The notes beneath the pieces were generated by a model. It saw only the letters and a program-made list of their open reading frames with translations, searched no databases and was not told the origin of the DNA. Below, in pieces: positions 1-8,955 of a DNA stretch of 32,000 nt. A program made the position numbers and the translations under genes. Location of the stretch: NCBI RefSeq assembly GCF_008805035.1, contig NZ_CP038018.1:1837628-1869627 (forward strand), in the 5' to 3' direction. The DNA is from Eikenella exigua (lineage in GTDB: Bacteria > Pseudomonadota > Gammaproteobacteria > Burkholderiales > Neisseriaceae). Positions within the stretch are counted from its first letter, which is position 1. Each line of letters starts with the position of its first letter.

Positions 1-134
1 GGGTTTTCACGCCGCTCCACCAGCAGCACTTTGGTGCCCTCGGCGGTTTGCCAGCGCTGAATGGGGATATTCTCGGCCAGCGCGGCGGCGGGCAGCAGGC
101 AGGCCAGCAGCAGGGTGCGGAACAGGGGTTTCAT
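1..134 (-). CDS. M16-family peptidase, second subunit (5' part only, runs off the left edge)
   Basis: ATG at 134 (reverse) gives MKPLFRTLLLACLLPAAALAENIPIQRWQTAEGTKVLLVERREN. This is a signal peptide followed by an opening typical of M16 peptidases. It lies directly downstream of the complete M16 gene and is too short for the ORF track. Confidence 0.45.
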   Translation of the reverse strand, partial: MKPLFRTLLLACLLPAAALAENIPIQRWQTAEGTKVLLVERREN

Positions 135-187
135 GGGGATTCACTCCTAAATTTGGATACGGTTTGGGCTGTGCTGAAGCGGGCGCT

Positions 188-254
188 TTCAGGTAGCCTT
201 TTCATTCAAGCCGGAAGGCTACCTGAAAAATATTTCTACGTTTTCAGGTAGCCT
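188..254. repeat. Cluster of three AG-eikDUS copies (188-199 rc, 216-227 fwd, 243-254 rc)
   Basis: Exact AGGCTACCTGAA / TTCAGGTAGCCT 12-mers. The 216/243 pair forms a hairpin between the two M16 genes. Confidence 0.85.
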
Positions 255-261
255 TTGCCGC

Positions 262-1572
262 TTACTTGGATTCGGGATACAGCACCACGGTGGTGTGTTT
301 CTGCGCCAGGAGCCAGCGGGCGGCCTCGCGCACTTCTTCGGCGCTCACGGCCAAGCGGCGGCGGAGAATTTCGTCTTCATCCGTGTAGGAGAAGCCGGCC
401 GACTCCAGCGAGCCGATGTTGGTGGCTTGGGTTTCCATCGAATCTTTGCCAAACTCGCGTGCGGCCAGGCTGCGGTTGCGCACACGCGCCAATTCTTCTT
501 CGCTCACGCCGTGTTCGGCAATTTGGCGCACTTCGTTCAAAAACGCTGCCGTGAGCTGCTCGGGCTTCACATTCGGCGCGGGCGTGCCGCTAAACAGCAG
601 CACATCCGGCGAGCGGGTGAGCATATCGTAGCCCATCGAGGCTTCCACGGCGACCTTGCGGCCGCGTACCAGATTGCGCTCGATGCGGGCAGACATGCTG
701 CCGTCGAGCACGTCGGCCAGCATATTCAGCGCATAGGGCAGCTTGTCGTCTACCTTGCGCAGGGCGGGCACCTGAATAGCCAAGCCCACCACCGGCGAGC
801 TTACCGGCGCGGTGGAACGGGCGGAGCGGTTGGCCGTTTGCGGCGGCTCGATTAAATCATTGCGCGCGGGCAGCGGGTGGTCGGGCAGGCTACCGAACAG
901 TTTTTCCGCGTTATCCAGCACTTCGCCCGCCTTCACGTCGCCCACAATCACCAGCGTGGCGTTGTGCGGCGCATACCAGGCGCGGTACCACTGGCGCAAA
1001 TCTTCCGGCTTGAGCGTGTGCAAATCCGCCTCATAGCCGATAACCGGCGCGCGGTTTTCCGGCTTGGCATAGGCATTCAGATTAATCTGCTCCCACATTT
1101 TGCCATCAGGATCGTTATCAGTGGTGAGGCGACGCTCTTCGCGGATTACCTTCATTTCGTTTTCAAAATCGGCATCGCTGAAATTCAGGTTCACCATGCG
1201 GTCGGCTTCCAGCTCCAGCACCTGCGGCAGGCTGGCTACGGCAAATTCTTGGTGATACACGGTTTCGTTGCGTGAAGTGAAGGCGTTGTCGCTGCCACCC
1301 AGCGCGGAAATGCGGCGGCTGAATTCGCCGGCGGGTACGGTGGGCGTGCCTTTAAACATCATGTGCTCCAAGGCGTGGCTCAGGCCGGTTTTGCCTGCGT
1401 GCTCGTCGGCACTGCCCACCTTAAACCACAGCTGCGTGACCGCCACCGGCGCACGGTGGTCTTCGCGCACAATTACTTTCATACCATTGGCCAGCACGCG
1501 CGACTGCGTTTCTGCCGCCGCCGGCACCACAGAAGCCGCCAACACGGCGGCCACAAGCAATGAACGGAACAT
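262..1572 (-). CDS. M16 (pitrilysin/insulinase) family zinc peptidase
   Basis: ORF track 262..1623. I prefer the ATG at 1572, which gives MFRSLLVAAVLAASVVPAAAE (signal peptide). HALEHMMFKG is the HxxEH zinc motif. Confidence 0.85.
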   Translation of the reverse strand: MFRSLLVAAVLAASVVPAAAETQSRVLANGMKVIVREDHRAPVAVTQLWFKVGSADEHAGKTGLSHALEHMMFKGTPTVPAGEFSRRISALGGSDNAFTSRNETVYHQEFAVASLPQVLELEADRMVNLNFSDADFENEMKVIREERRLTTDNDPDGKMWEQINLNAYAKPENRAPVIGYEADLHTLKPEDLRQWYRAWYAPHNATLVIVGDVKAGEVLDNAEKLFGSLPDHPLPARNDLIEPPQTANRSARSTAPVSSPVVGLAIQVPALRKVDDKLPYALNMLADVLDGSMSARIERNLVRGRKVAVEASMGYDMLTRSPDVLLFSGTPAPNVKPEQLTAAFLNEVRQIAEHGVSEEELARVRNRSLAAREFGKDSMETQATNIGSLESAGFSYTDEDEILRRRLAVSAEEVREAARWLLAQKHTTVVLYPESK

Positions 1573-1654
1573 AAGTTTTCCTAAAAACGGGAAGAGGCTG
1601 CATGATACCGAAATTTTCGGCAAAGGGCACTTGGGGCGGTCTGAATAAAGAAAA

Positions 1655-1681
1655 AGGCTACCTGAAACTTTCAGGTAGCCT
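1655..1681. terminator. Inverted AG-eikDUS pair (1655-1666 fwd, 1670-1681 rc) downstream of the cupin gene
   Basis: Two exact 12-mers separated by 3 nt form a perfect hairpin. Confidence 0.6.
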
Positions 1682-1700
1682 TTGCTGTGATTGCGCCAGA

Positions 1701-2207
1701 TTACCGCGCGGCCGGGGCAGCAGGAGCAGTGCTCGGCAGCTGGCCGATAAAGTTGATGAAGCGCAGCGGCCGGCGGCCGGTGTTTTTCAGCGCATGCGAC
1801 TGACCGGGGCGGGCGATGGTGATGTCACCGGCAGACACAGGCACTTCCTTGCCGTCTGTACCCATAAACGTGCCGCGGCCTTCCACAATCAGGTACACGT
1901 CTTCATTGTTGGTGTGCTTGTGCAGGCCGATAGACGCACCCGGCGGCAGCGTGAGCCAGCCGATTTCGCGGATAGCATCTTGCTCGCCGGTTTGGTGGCG
2001 GGTGTAGGCAAAACGTCCCAGTAGCCTGCCTTCGCCGCCGCCGGCTTTTTCGCGGTTCCACTGCTGCAAGTTGGACATTCTGTACACCTGCACGCTGCGG
2101 TCTACCGGCGTTTTGCTCGGTTCGTTCGTGCCCTGCACATCATGCGCCCAAGTGCCGGCGCTGGCAAACAGAGCGGAAGCGACAACGGACAACATCACTT
2201 TTTTCAT
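1701..2207 (-). CDS. Secreted cupin-domain protein
   Basis: ORF 1701..2243. Start moved to ATG 2207 behind a GGAGATA RBS, giving MKKVMLSVVASALFASAGTWA (signal peptide). Cupin_2-like core IGLHKHTNNEDVYLIVEG...GQSHALKN. Confidence 0.75.
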   Translation of the reverse strand: MKKVMLSVVASALFASAGTWAHDVQGTNEPSKTPVDRSVQVYRMSNLQQWNREKAGGGEGRLLGRFAYTRHQTGEQDAIREIGWLTLPPGASIGLHKHTNNEDVYLIVEGRGTFMGTDGKEVPVSAGDITIARPGQSHALKNTGRRPLRFINFIGQLPSTAPAAPAAR

Positions 2208-2282
2208 CGGGTATCTCCTGTGGTTGGAATGAAGAGGAAACAAAGGATTTGGTGCAGAATAGGTGGTGGAACGGGAGTGGTC

Positions 2283-2293
2283 AAGATAGCTTA
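2283..2293 (+). repeat. Copy A of the 11-mer AAGATAGCTTA (also at 7885 and 8997)
   Basis: Exact 11-mer. With flanks, CAAGATAGCTTATAAAT matches 8996-9012 at 16 of 17 positions. Confidence 0.7.
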
Positions 2294-2381
2294 TAAATGG
2301 AAACCGGTTTATTTGCTGTTTGTTTGATGTATGCTAAAAATTATGTTTACCAATGCTGCTTGAAAACTTGCCGAAGTACTT

Positions 2382-2393
2382 TTCAGGTAGCCT
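2382..2393 (-). repeat. Single AG-eikDUS (rc)
   Basis: Exact TTCAGGTAGCCT. Confidence 0.85.
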
Positions 2394-2400
2394 TTCGCCT

Positions 2401-3010
2401 TCACACTTGGTGCAGCAACACCTGCAACACAAACTTGCTGCCCACAGAAACGCTCAGCAGCACAAAACCCGCCAGCATGCTTTGAAACATCAGCTTTTCC
2501 AGGCCCAACAGCGGTGGCAAAACGACATCAGTGGCGAAATGCGGTAACTGCGCAGGCGGCGGTTCAGCAGCAAAACCAACGGCGCAAGCAACACGGCAAT
2601 ACCGAACAGGTTGTACGATAACACCGATGTGCCCACGTGCAGAGAAAGGGCATATTGCCCACCGCATAATCCGCGCCCAGCGCCGGCCACTGCGCGGCAG
2701 CCGGCATGGAAAGCGTGGCAAAAGGGTAGAGCAGTTGCAAACCCTTCAGCAAATAAAAGAAACTGCCGCACCAACACAACAGCAGCATCAACTAGGTACC
2801 CAGACACTGGGCATAGCCGATGCCGTTGGGGAAGCGGCTGAGTAGCAGCGGCTGACACTCTACCGCCGCGTGCACGGGCAGCTGCGCCACCAGCAACAGC
2901 AGCTCACCTTTGAGCAGGCATGGCTGCCGGGCATCCTGCCTCCCGAACCGCTAGGCAAACACGCCTATGCCGCCGTAGAGCAACGCAAGCAAAATAAACA
3001 ATCCGGCCAT
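2401..3010 (-). pseudogene. Decayed ypjD/CcsA-family (cytochrome c assembly-like) inner-membrane protein gene
   Basis: ATG at 3010 opens MAGLFILLALLYGGIGVFA. In-frame TAG codons follow at 2953 and 2794. YpjD-like pieces then appear in three frames: HVGTSVLSYNLFGIAVLLAPLVLLLNRRLR, LPPLLGLEKLMFQSMLAGFVLLSVSVG and GSKFVLQVLL. About 60 aa seem to be missing before the C-terminus. The gene is divergent from ffh, as ypjD is in E. coli. Confidence 0.5.
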
Positions 3011-3181
3011 GCTTTTTCCATGTGTCGCGCGCCCGCTTTTCCATCAGGAAAGCCGCAAAGGCTGCGTGTAATAGTGTAAAATACTGTGATTTTAGCAAAC
3101 TTTGCGGCCTGTCAGAGGCTGTCTGAAAGCGATGTTTTGGTGAAGCTGAAGTTGGATTTCTTAAAACCGAAAAGCTTGGAA

Positions 3182-3193
3182 AGGCTACCTGAA
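3182..3193 (+). repeat. Single AG-eikDUS
   Basis: Exact AGGCTACCTGAA. Confidence 0.85.
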
Positions 3194-3338
3194 AAACCCA
3201 GCTTCAACAAAGTTGTTTAAAAAAGCTGCTATCCTTAATCCTGAATAACCATCCCCATTTGTCGGCCGGGTGAAACCACCCTAAAACAAGACAAGCCAAC
3301 GCAGCATTTTGGCGGCTTCACCCGGCATAAGGAACAAT

Positions 3339-4700
3339 ATGTTAGATAATCTATCCGGCCGCCTCAGCCAGTGGGCCAAAAAAATGCGCGGCCAAGCGCG
3401 CCTCTCCGAAGACAACATCAAAGAAGCCCTGCGCGAAGTGCGCATGGCGCTGTTGGAAGCCGACGTGGCGCTGCCGGTGGTGAAAGACTTTATGGCCAGC
3501 GTGAAAGAACGCGCCGTCGGCCACGAAGTAATCGGCAGCCTCACGCCAGGCCAGGCCTTTATCGGCGTGGTCAACCAAGCGCTCACCGAGCTGATGGGCA
3601 CGCAAAACAGCAGCCTCAATCTGGCCGCCGTACCGCCCGCCGTGGTGCTGATGGCCGGCCTGCAGGGCGCGGGTAAAACCACCACCGCAGGCAAGCTCGC
3701 CCGACTGCTCAAAGAAGAGCAGCGCAAAAAAGTGCTGCTGGTGTCGGCCGACGTATACCGCCCCGCTGCCATCGAGCAGCTGCGCCTATTGGCCGAGCAA
3801 GTGGGCGCGGATTTCTTCCCATCCGACGTTTCCCAGCAGCCCGTGGCCATCGCCCAGGCCGCGCTTGATTACGCCAAAAAGCATTTCTACGACGTGCTGA
3901 TGGTCGACACCGCCGGCCGACTGGCAGTGGACGAAGTCATGATGGCCGAAATCAAGGCCCTGCATGAAGCCGTGAATCCGGTGGAAACCCTGTTTGTGGT
4001 CGATGCCATGCTCGGCCAGGATGCCGTAAACACCGCCCAGGCCTTCAACGAGGCCCTGCCGCTCACCGGCGTTATCCTCACCAAAATGGACGGCGACGCA
4101 CGCGGCGGTGCGGCACTTTCCGTGCGCCACGTTACCGGCAAGCCGATTAAATTCATCGGCACTGGCGAAAAAATCGGCGGCCTCGAGCCTTTCCACCCCG
4201 ACCGCATCGCCGGCCGCATTCTCGGCATGGGCGACGTGCTCAGCCTGATTGAAGACGTGCAAAAAGGCATCGATCAGGAAGTGGCCGAACGCATGGCCAA
4301 AAAGCTGCACAAAGGCAAAGGCTTCGACCTGAACGATTTCAAAGCCCAAATCCAGCAGATGCGCAATATGGGCGGCATCGAATCGCTCATGTCCAAACTG
4401 CCCGGCGAGATGGGCCAGCTTTCCGCACAAATCCCCGAGGGCACAGCGGAAAAAGCCATGAGCAAAGTGGAAGCCATCATCAATTCCATGACCCCGAAAG
4501 AGCGCGCCAATCCGGCCCTGCTCAAAGCCAGCCGCAAACGCCGCATCGCCGCCGGCGCCGGCACCACCGTGCAGGAAGTGAACAAAATGCTCAAGCAGTT
4601 CGAGCAGTCGCAAAAAATGATGAAAATGTTCGGCGGCAAAGGCATGGGCAAACTCATGCGCATGGCGCAAGGCATGAAAGGCATGTTCCCCGGGCATTAA
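3339..4700 (+). CDS. ffh: Signal recognition particle protein Ffh
   Basis: ORF 3309..4700. Start moved to ATG 3339 (MLDNLSGRLS) behind an AAGGAA RBS. GLQGAGKTTTAGKLA P-loop, DTAGR, TKMDGDARGG, and a Met-rich C-terminal M domain. Confidence 0.97.
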   Translation: MLDNLSGRLSQWAKKMRGQARLSEDNIKEALREVRMALLEADVALPVVKDFMASVKERAVGHEVIGSLTPGQAFIGVVNQALTELMGTQNSSLNLAAVPPAVVLMAGLQGAGKTTTAGKLARLLKEEQRKKVLLVSADVYRPAAIEQLRLLAEQVGADFFPSDVSQQPVAIAQAALDYAKKHFYDVLMVDTAGRLAVDEVMMAEIKALHEAVNPVETLFVVDAMLGQDAVNTAQAFNEALPLTGVILTKMDGDARGGAALSVRHVTGKPIKFIGTGEKIGGLEPFHPDRIAGRILGMGDVLSLIEDVQKGIDQEVAERMAKKLHKGKGFDLNDFKAQIQQMRNMGGIESLMSKLPGEMGQLSAQIPEGTAEKAMSKVEAIINSMTPKERANPALLKASRKRRIAAGAGTTVQEVNKMLKQFEQSQKMMKMFGGKGMGKLMRMAQGMKGMFPGH

Positions 4701-4730
4701 AATCAGCCTAGCACAAAATAAAATACCGAA

Positions 4731-4762
4731 AGGCTACCTGAAACTGATGTTTCAGCTTAGCT
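4731..4762 (+). terminator. ffh terminator: AG-eikDUS (4731-4742) plus a degenerate inverted partner
   Basis: CTGAAAC-TGAT-GTTTCAG stem inside aggctacctgaaactgatgtttcagcttagct. Confidence 0.5.
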
Positions 4763-4907
4763 AAACGAACGTAGGGAATTTTTACAAAGCTAAAATTCTC
4801 GTCAAACCATATAACCGCCGCCCCTCCAATGCAAAACTTAAGGCTATAATGCCGCCTCAAAGCTGCTGCGCGCGGCATGCCATCCCTTTTCACCAAAGGA
4901 ATTTCAA

Positions 4908-5606
4908 ATGACCAGTCTCACCCTCCGCCTCGGCACTGCCGCCGCCCTGTGCGCCGCCGCGCTGGCCGCGCCCACTGCCGCTGCCGAAACCGCCTTCCCC
5001 AAAAACGCCGAGCTGCACTACATCGGCCCCTACGGCGTGCCTGCTGTGATGACCTTCAACCAAAACGGCGGCCGCTACAACGTAAACGCCGACATCAACG
5101 TGCCGCTCTACAAAATGCGCTTTTCTTCCAGCGGCAGCATCAGCGGTAACCGACTACAGCCCGCCCGCTATAGCGACACCCGCAAAGGCCGCGCCTATGC
5201 CGGCGCCATCTTCGATTACGGTGCCAAAACCATCACTTACGGCAAAGCCGGCCACACCGAAAGCCAGCCGCTTGTCGGCCCCACTTTCGACCTCTTCACC
5301 CTGGCCTGGCAGCTCGCGCTCAACAACGGCCAACTGCCTGCCAACTTGCACATTACCAATGGCAAACGTGTTTATCCCGTGCGTGGCATGACCCGCCTGC
5401 CTTCCGCCCGCTACAACATCAATGGCGCCAGCATTGCGGTAAACCGCTTTCGCGTACAGCGTGGCGACGACACCATCGAATATTCCTTTGCCCCCGATTT
5501 TGCCAACATCCCCGCCCTGATCAAATACACCGACGACGGCAAAACCTACGAGCTTAAGCTGCGTAGCGGCAAAATCGATGGCACACCGCTGCAGCCGCCC
5601 AAGTAA
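4908..5606 (+). CDS. Secreted DUF3108-like protein
   Basis: Signal peptide MTSLTLRLGTAAALCAAALAAPTAAAE. Size and beta-rich composition resemble DUF3108 proteins of beta-proteobacteria. This is recall-based and not verified. Confidence 0.45.
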   Translation: MTSLTLRLGTAAALCAAALAAPTAAAETAFPKNAELHYIGPYGVPAVMTFNQNGGRYNVNADINVPLYKMRFSSSGSISGNRLQPARYSDTRKGRAYAGAIFDYGAKTITYGKAGHTESQPLVGPTFDLFTLAWQLALNNGQLPANLHITNGKRVYPVRGMTRLPSARYNINGASIAVNRFRVQRGDDTIEYSFAPDFANIPALIKYTDDGKTYELKLRSGKIDGTPLQPPK

Positions 5607-5616
5607 GCAGCAAAGC

Positions 5617-5720
5617 AGGCTACCTGAAATGCCAGACCAAACAGACAAGCCGCCCCGCAGCCTGTCTGTTTCTTATCTGCCCATTTTCAGGTAGCCTTCC
5701 CCTTTCCCAGGCTACCTGAA
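5617..5720. terminator. AG-eikDUS cluster (5617-5628 fwd, 5686-5697 rc, 5709-5720 fwd) with a nested hairpin
   Basis: Exact 12-mers. An inner stem AAACAGACA...TGTCTGTTT lies between them. Confidence 0.55.
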
Positions 5721-5733
5721 ACCTCGCGCCCAA

Positions 5734-6996
5734 ATGACCCCTGCCCAACTCCTCCATACTTCCACCCTGCTCGGCCAAGTGCTCGGCTTCGAGCAGCCCG
5801 CCGACGCCCTCGTTTCCGCCTATTTCCGCAGCCACAAAAAACTCGGCCGCCAAGACCGGCACGAAATTGCCGAAACCGTGTTTGCCGCCCTGCGCCATTT
5901 GCAGAAAATCCAAAGTGTGCTGCCCGAGCCCGTGCGCCAATCCCGCCGCGCCGCGCTGGCCGCCCTGGTATTGGGTCGCGGCATCAGCATTTCCGCCCTC
6001 GCCGATTGCGCCAATGCCGAAGAAACCGAGTTTCTAGGCTACCTGAAAGCCAAAAAAACCGAGTTTGCCGAGCAGCTGAACACTGCCGCCGAACTGCCCG
6101 AATGGCTCATTGCCCAACTGCACGCCCAAGGCTGGAGCAACGAACACATCCTCGCTTTCGGCCGCAGCACCGCCGCCCCCGCCCCGCTCGATTTGCGCGT
6201 GAACACCCTCCAAGCCAAACGCGACAAGGTGCTCGCCCAACTGCAAGATGAAGGCATCCGCTGCGAAGCCACGCCGTATTCGCCGTGGGGCATCCGCCTG
6301 CGCGACAAATCCGCCCTCATGCGCCACCCGCTGTTTTTGGAAGGCACCATCGAAGTGCAAGACGAAGGCAGTCAGTTGCTCGCCCGCCTCACCGGCGCGC
6401 GGCGCGGCGAAATCATCGTCGATTTCTGCGCCGGCGCGGGTGGCAAAACCCTCGCCCTAGGCGCCGCCATGAATAACAGCGGCCGCCTCTACGCCTTCGA
6501 TGTGGCCGAAAAGCGCCTGGCCAAACTCAAACCTCGCATGGTGCGCGCCGGCCTCACCAACATCAGCCCGCAGCGCATCGGCAGCGAAACCGACCCGCGC
6601 CTCGAACGCCTCATCGGCAAAGCCGACTGCGTGCTGGTGGACGCCCCCTGCTCCGGCCTGGGCACCCTGCGCCGCAACCCCGATTTGAAATACCGCCAAT
6701 CGCCCGAACGCATCGCCGAATTGGAAAAACAGCAGGCCGCCATCCTCGAGGCTGCTGCCCGCCTAGTGCGCCCCGGCGGCCGTTTGGTGTATGCCACCTG
6801 CAGCGTGCTTGCGGCTGAAAATGAACACCAAGCTGAACGCTTCAGTGCCGCTCATCCCGATTGGCAGCTGGCAAACGCCACCAGACTCCTGCCCGATTGC
6901 CCCGAACTGTTTTCAGGTAGCCCCTATCTGCAACTCGCTACGGCCACCCATCACACCGATGGTTTCTTTGCCGCCGTATGGATACGCCCCGAATAG
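5734..6996 (+). CDS. RsmB/NOP2/Sun-family SAM-dependent RNA (cytosine-C5) methyltransferase
   Basis: DFCAGAGGKT SAM motif, VLVDAPCSGLGTLRRNPD and LVYATCS catalytic cysteine motifs. An exact DUS at 6036-6047 is read as LGYLKA. Confidence 0.85.
   Translation: MTPAQLLHTSTLLGQVLGFEQPADALVSAYFRSHKKLGRQDRHEIAETVFAALRHLQKIQSVLPEPVRQSRRAALAALVLGRGISISALADCANAEETEFLGYLKAKKTEFAEQLNTAAELPEWLIAQLHAQGWSNEHILAFGRSTAAPAPLDLRVNTLQAKRDKVLAQLQDEGIRCEATPYSPWGIRLRDKSALMRHPLFLEGTIEVQDEGSQLLARLTGARRGEIIVDFCAGAGGKTLALGAAMNNSGRLYAFDVAEKRLAKLKPRMVRAGLTNISPQRIGSETDPRLERLIGKADCVLVDAPCSGLGTLRRNPDLKYRQSPERIAELEKQQAAILEAAARLVRPGGRLVYATCSVLAAENEHQAERFSAAHPDWQLANATRLLPDCPELFSGSPYLQLATATHHTDGFFAAVWIRPE
6036..6047 (+). repeat. 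AG-eikDUS inside the coding sequence
   Basis: Exact AGGCTACCTGAA within the methyltransferase gene. An 11/12 rc copy lies at 6912-6922. Confidence 0.85.
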
Positions 6997-7123
6997 TTGT
7001 CAGATCGGTTATAGTGCATCAACTTCGCTTCTGCTTCTTGTATCGAAAGCAGATTTAATCCGCTATAATGACTGCTGTTTCGCATCCGCATTTATCCATA
7101 TTTGATCCATAAGAAGAAACACT

Positions 7124-7438
7124 ATGAGCATCCAAGAAGAAATCAGACAATTCATAAACAGCAACCGCATAGTGCTGTTTATGAAAGGCACCAAACAATT
7201 CCCGCAATGCGGCTTCTCCTCCCGCGCCGTGCAAATCCTGCAAGCCGCAGGCTGCAATGATTTCGTTACGGTAAACGTATTGGAAACCCCCGAAATCCGC
7301 CAAGGCATCAAAGAATACGCCAACTGGCCCACCATCCCGCAGCTGTATGTAAACGGCGAATTCGTGGGCGGCTCCGACATTTTGATGGAAATGTATGAAG
7401 CCGGCGAATTACAGGATTTGCTGAAAGCCGAAGCCTGA
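7124..7438 (+). CDS. grxD: Grx4-type monothiol glutaredoxin
   Basis: [16 protein letters not shown] (CGFS active site) and [19 protein letters not shown]. Confidence 0.92.
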   Translation: MSIQEEIRQFINSNRIVLFMKGTKQFPQCGFSSRAVQILQAAGCNDFVTVNVLETPEIRQGIKEYANWPTIPQLYVNGEFVGGSDILMEMYEAGELQDLLKAEA

Positions 7439-7572
7439 TTTACCATAACGAAACTGAGCCGGTTTGGCGCGTGTCTGTGCCAAACCGGCAATTTATTTCT
7501 GGCATAAGAAACCGAAATACCCTTATAATCAGCCCCGAAATAAATTTTAACAACCTTCACAAAGGAAACATC

Positions 7573-7866
7573 ATGGCAGCACGTGAGACTTTAGACCAAC
7601 TCCTGGAACAGAAGAAAACTTTGGAAGACCGAATCCAACGCCGTTTGGTTTCCGAGCGTAAAAAGAAAGTTAATCAAATTCTGGCCATTATGCGAGACTT
7701 TGAAATCAGCATTGCCGATATCGAAGCAGGCCTGAAAGAAAAACAAAGCCGCCCGCAATACCGCAATCCGAAAACCGGCGCAGTGTGGGGCGGCGTGGGT
7801 AAACGGCCGAAATGGATTGTAGAAGCCCAAGAAAAAGGCATCGACATCAAGAAATTCTTGGTATAA
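7573..7866 (+). CDS. H-NS family nucleoid-associated DNA-binding protein
   Basis: ORF 7471..7866. Start moved to ATG 7573 behind an AAAGGAAA RBS. It has a coiled-coil N-terminus. The C-terminal YRNPKTGAVWGGVGKRPKWI...KKFL parallels the H-NS TWTGQGRTPxW DNA-binding loop. The gene is AT-rich relative to the core. Confidence 0.75.
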   Translation: MAARETLDQLLEQKKTLEDRIQRRLVSERKKKVNQILAIMRDFEISIADIEAGLKEKQSRPQYRNPKTGAVWGGVGKRPKWIVEAQEKGIDIKKFLV

Positions 7867-7884
7867 CCGTTGTCTACAATAAAA

Positions 7885-7895
7885 AAGATAGCTTA
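7885..7895 (+). repeat. Copy B of the 11-mer AAGATAGCTTA
   Basis: Exact 11-mer, 94 nt beyond the 3' end of the IS110 recombinase gene. Confidence 0.7.
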
Positions 7896-7932
7896 TTGCG
7901 TGTCAATATATCTTTACGTTTCTTTACCGCGC

Positions 7933-7980
7933 AACAAGGCTGCCCCTCATTGACAAATAACGTGGGCAGCCTTGTTTCTT
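7933..7980. terminator. 13-bp-stem hairpin between convergent hns-like and recombinase genes
   Basis: AACAAGGCTGCCC (7933-7945) pairs with GGGCAGCCTTGTT (7964-7976), followed by TCTT on the + strand. Confidence 0.65.
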
Positions 7981-7989
7981 TGCTACATC

Positions 7990-8955
7990 CTATTCGCTGT
8001 TAATCCCTGCCTGATACCGCTTCGGCTCAAAGTCTTGCCCTGTTTTTATCAGGTGGAAAGCAATCACGGCCAGCTTGCGCATCAAGGCCACAATAATTAC
8101 TTTCGGCGGTTTTCTCTTTTGCCTAAGCCGTTCAATAAATGCCGGAAAGGCATTATCCCGATAGGCAACCATAGCTGGCATAAACAAGGCGGCACGCAAA
8201 TCATTCTGGCCGAACTTGGATATCCGGCTGGGCTTATTCAGGCTGCTGCCTGATTGTTGATGCCTTGGATCTAGTCCCAAATAAGCCACCAGTTCGGAGG
8301 CTTTGCTGAATCGCCCGTCTTGTAGCAACGTGAACAGGATGGTGGCGGAAGTTAGACCAATCCCCGGAATGGTTTGCAGCTGTTTGATTTTGTCTGAATG
8401 TTCTTTATCCTGTTTCAGTAGCTGTTTGATTTGCCGGTTTACTGCTTTAACCTGTTCATCCAAATGGTCGATGTTTTGATTCAGGTAGCCTTGCAAATAG
8501 TCCGGTGCGGTCTGCCGTTTGGTTTCCTCTGCTGCCCGCTGCCGTTTCAGTCGTATCAGATAGCGGTTCAAATCGCGTAATTGCCGCTGTTTTTCAGTCA
8601 AAGGCTGCCACGGCTCCGGCTGTACCATTTTGCTGTATTGTGCAATCAGCTTGGCATCCTGCTTGTCGGTTTTGGAGCGTTTGAATACTGCCATACCGAA
8701 TGATTTTATCCAGTAGGGATTAACCACCGAAACCGTATAAAAACGGCTGAAATAGTCTGCCGCCTGTTCGTAGTAAATGCCGGTGTATTCCATGCAGATA
8801 TTTAAATCTTCTTCCGCATTGTGTGCCTGTAGCCATTTGCGCAATCTGGCATAACCTTCCGGGTAATTGTCAATCGTGATTTCTGCCGTTTTGCCGTTAT
8901 TCAGTAACAGGCAGCAATCCAATCTGTGCTTCGATACGTCTATTCCAAGGTGCAT
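7990..8955 (-). CDS. IS110-family DEDD transposase/recombinase
   Basis: MHLGIDVSK, MEYTG and SKTDKQDA give the DEDD RuvC-like N-domain. TIPGIG is helix-hairpin-helix-like, and SGSS...RISKFGQNDLR is the C-terminal Tnp domain. Confidence 0.9.
   Translation of the reverse strand: MHLGIDVSKHRLDCCLLLNNGKTAEITIDNYPEGYARLRKWLQAHNAEEDLNICMEYTGIYYEQAADYFSRFYTVSVVNPYWIKSFGMAVFKRSKTDKQDAKLIAQYSKMVQPEPWQPLTEKQRQLRDLNRYLIRLKRQRAAEETKRQTAPDYLQGYLNQNIDHLDEQVKAVNRQIKQLLKQDKEHSDKIKQLQTIPGIGLTSATILFTLLQDGRFSKASELVAYLGLDPRHQQSGSSLNKPSRISKFGQNDLRAALFMPAMVAYRDNAFPAFIERLRQKRKPPKVIIVALMRKLAVIAFHLIKTGQDFEPKRYQAGINSE
8480..8491 (-). repeat. AG-eikDUS inside the recombinase gene
   Basis: Exact TTCAGGTAGCCT. It is the only DUS between 7000 and 16019. 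Confidence 0.85.

Noticed and set aside
48-251. 67-aa ORF on the + strand at the left edge.
   Set aside because: It overlaps the antisense of the M16 gene start and the DUS cluster, and its translation is Gly/Gln-rich junk.
3786-4697. Long antisense or alternative-frame ORFs overlapping well-supported genes. Examples are 3786..4697(-), 295..855(+), 9279..10154(+), 18113..18832(+), 18573..19457(-), 20392..21156(-), 26962..27708(-), 27968..28906(-), 29518..30882(+) and 30913..31914(+).
   Set aside because: These are typical shadow ORFs of GC-rich DNA. They have low-complexity Ala/Gly/Arg/His-rich translations and no motifs, and each overlaps a gene with clear family signatures on the other strand or frame.
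7038-7069. Sigma70-like -10 boxes (TATAAT at 7064-7069 before grxD, 7524-7529 before the hns-like gene, 4845-4850 before the DUF3108-like gene).
   Set aside because: The -10 hexamers are perfect, but I could not find convincing -35 elements at 16-18 nt spacing, so I do not report them as promoters.
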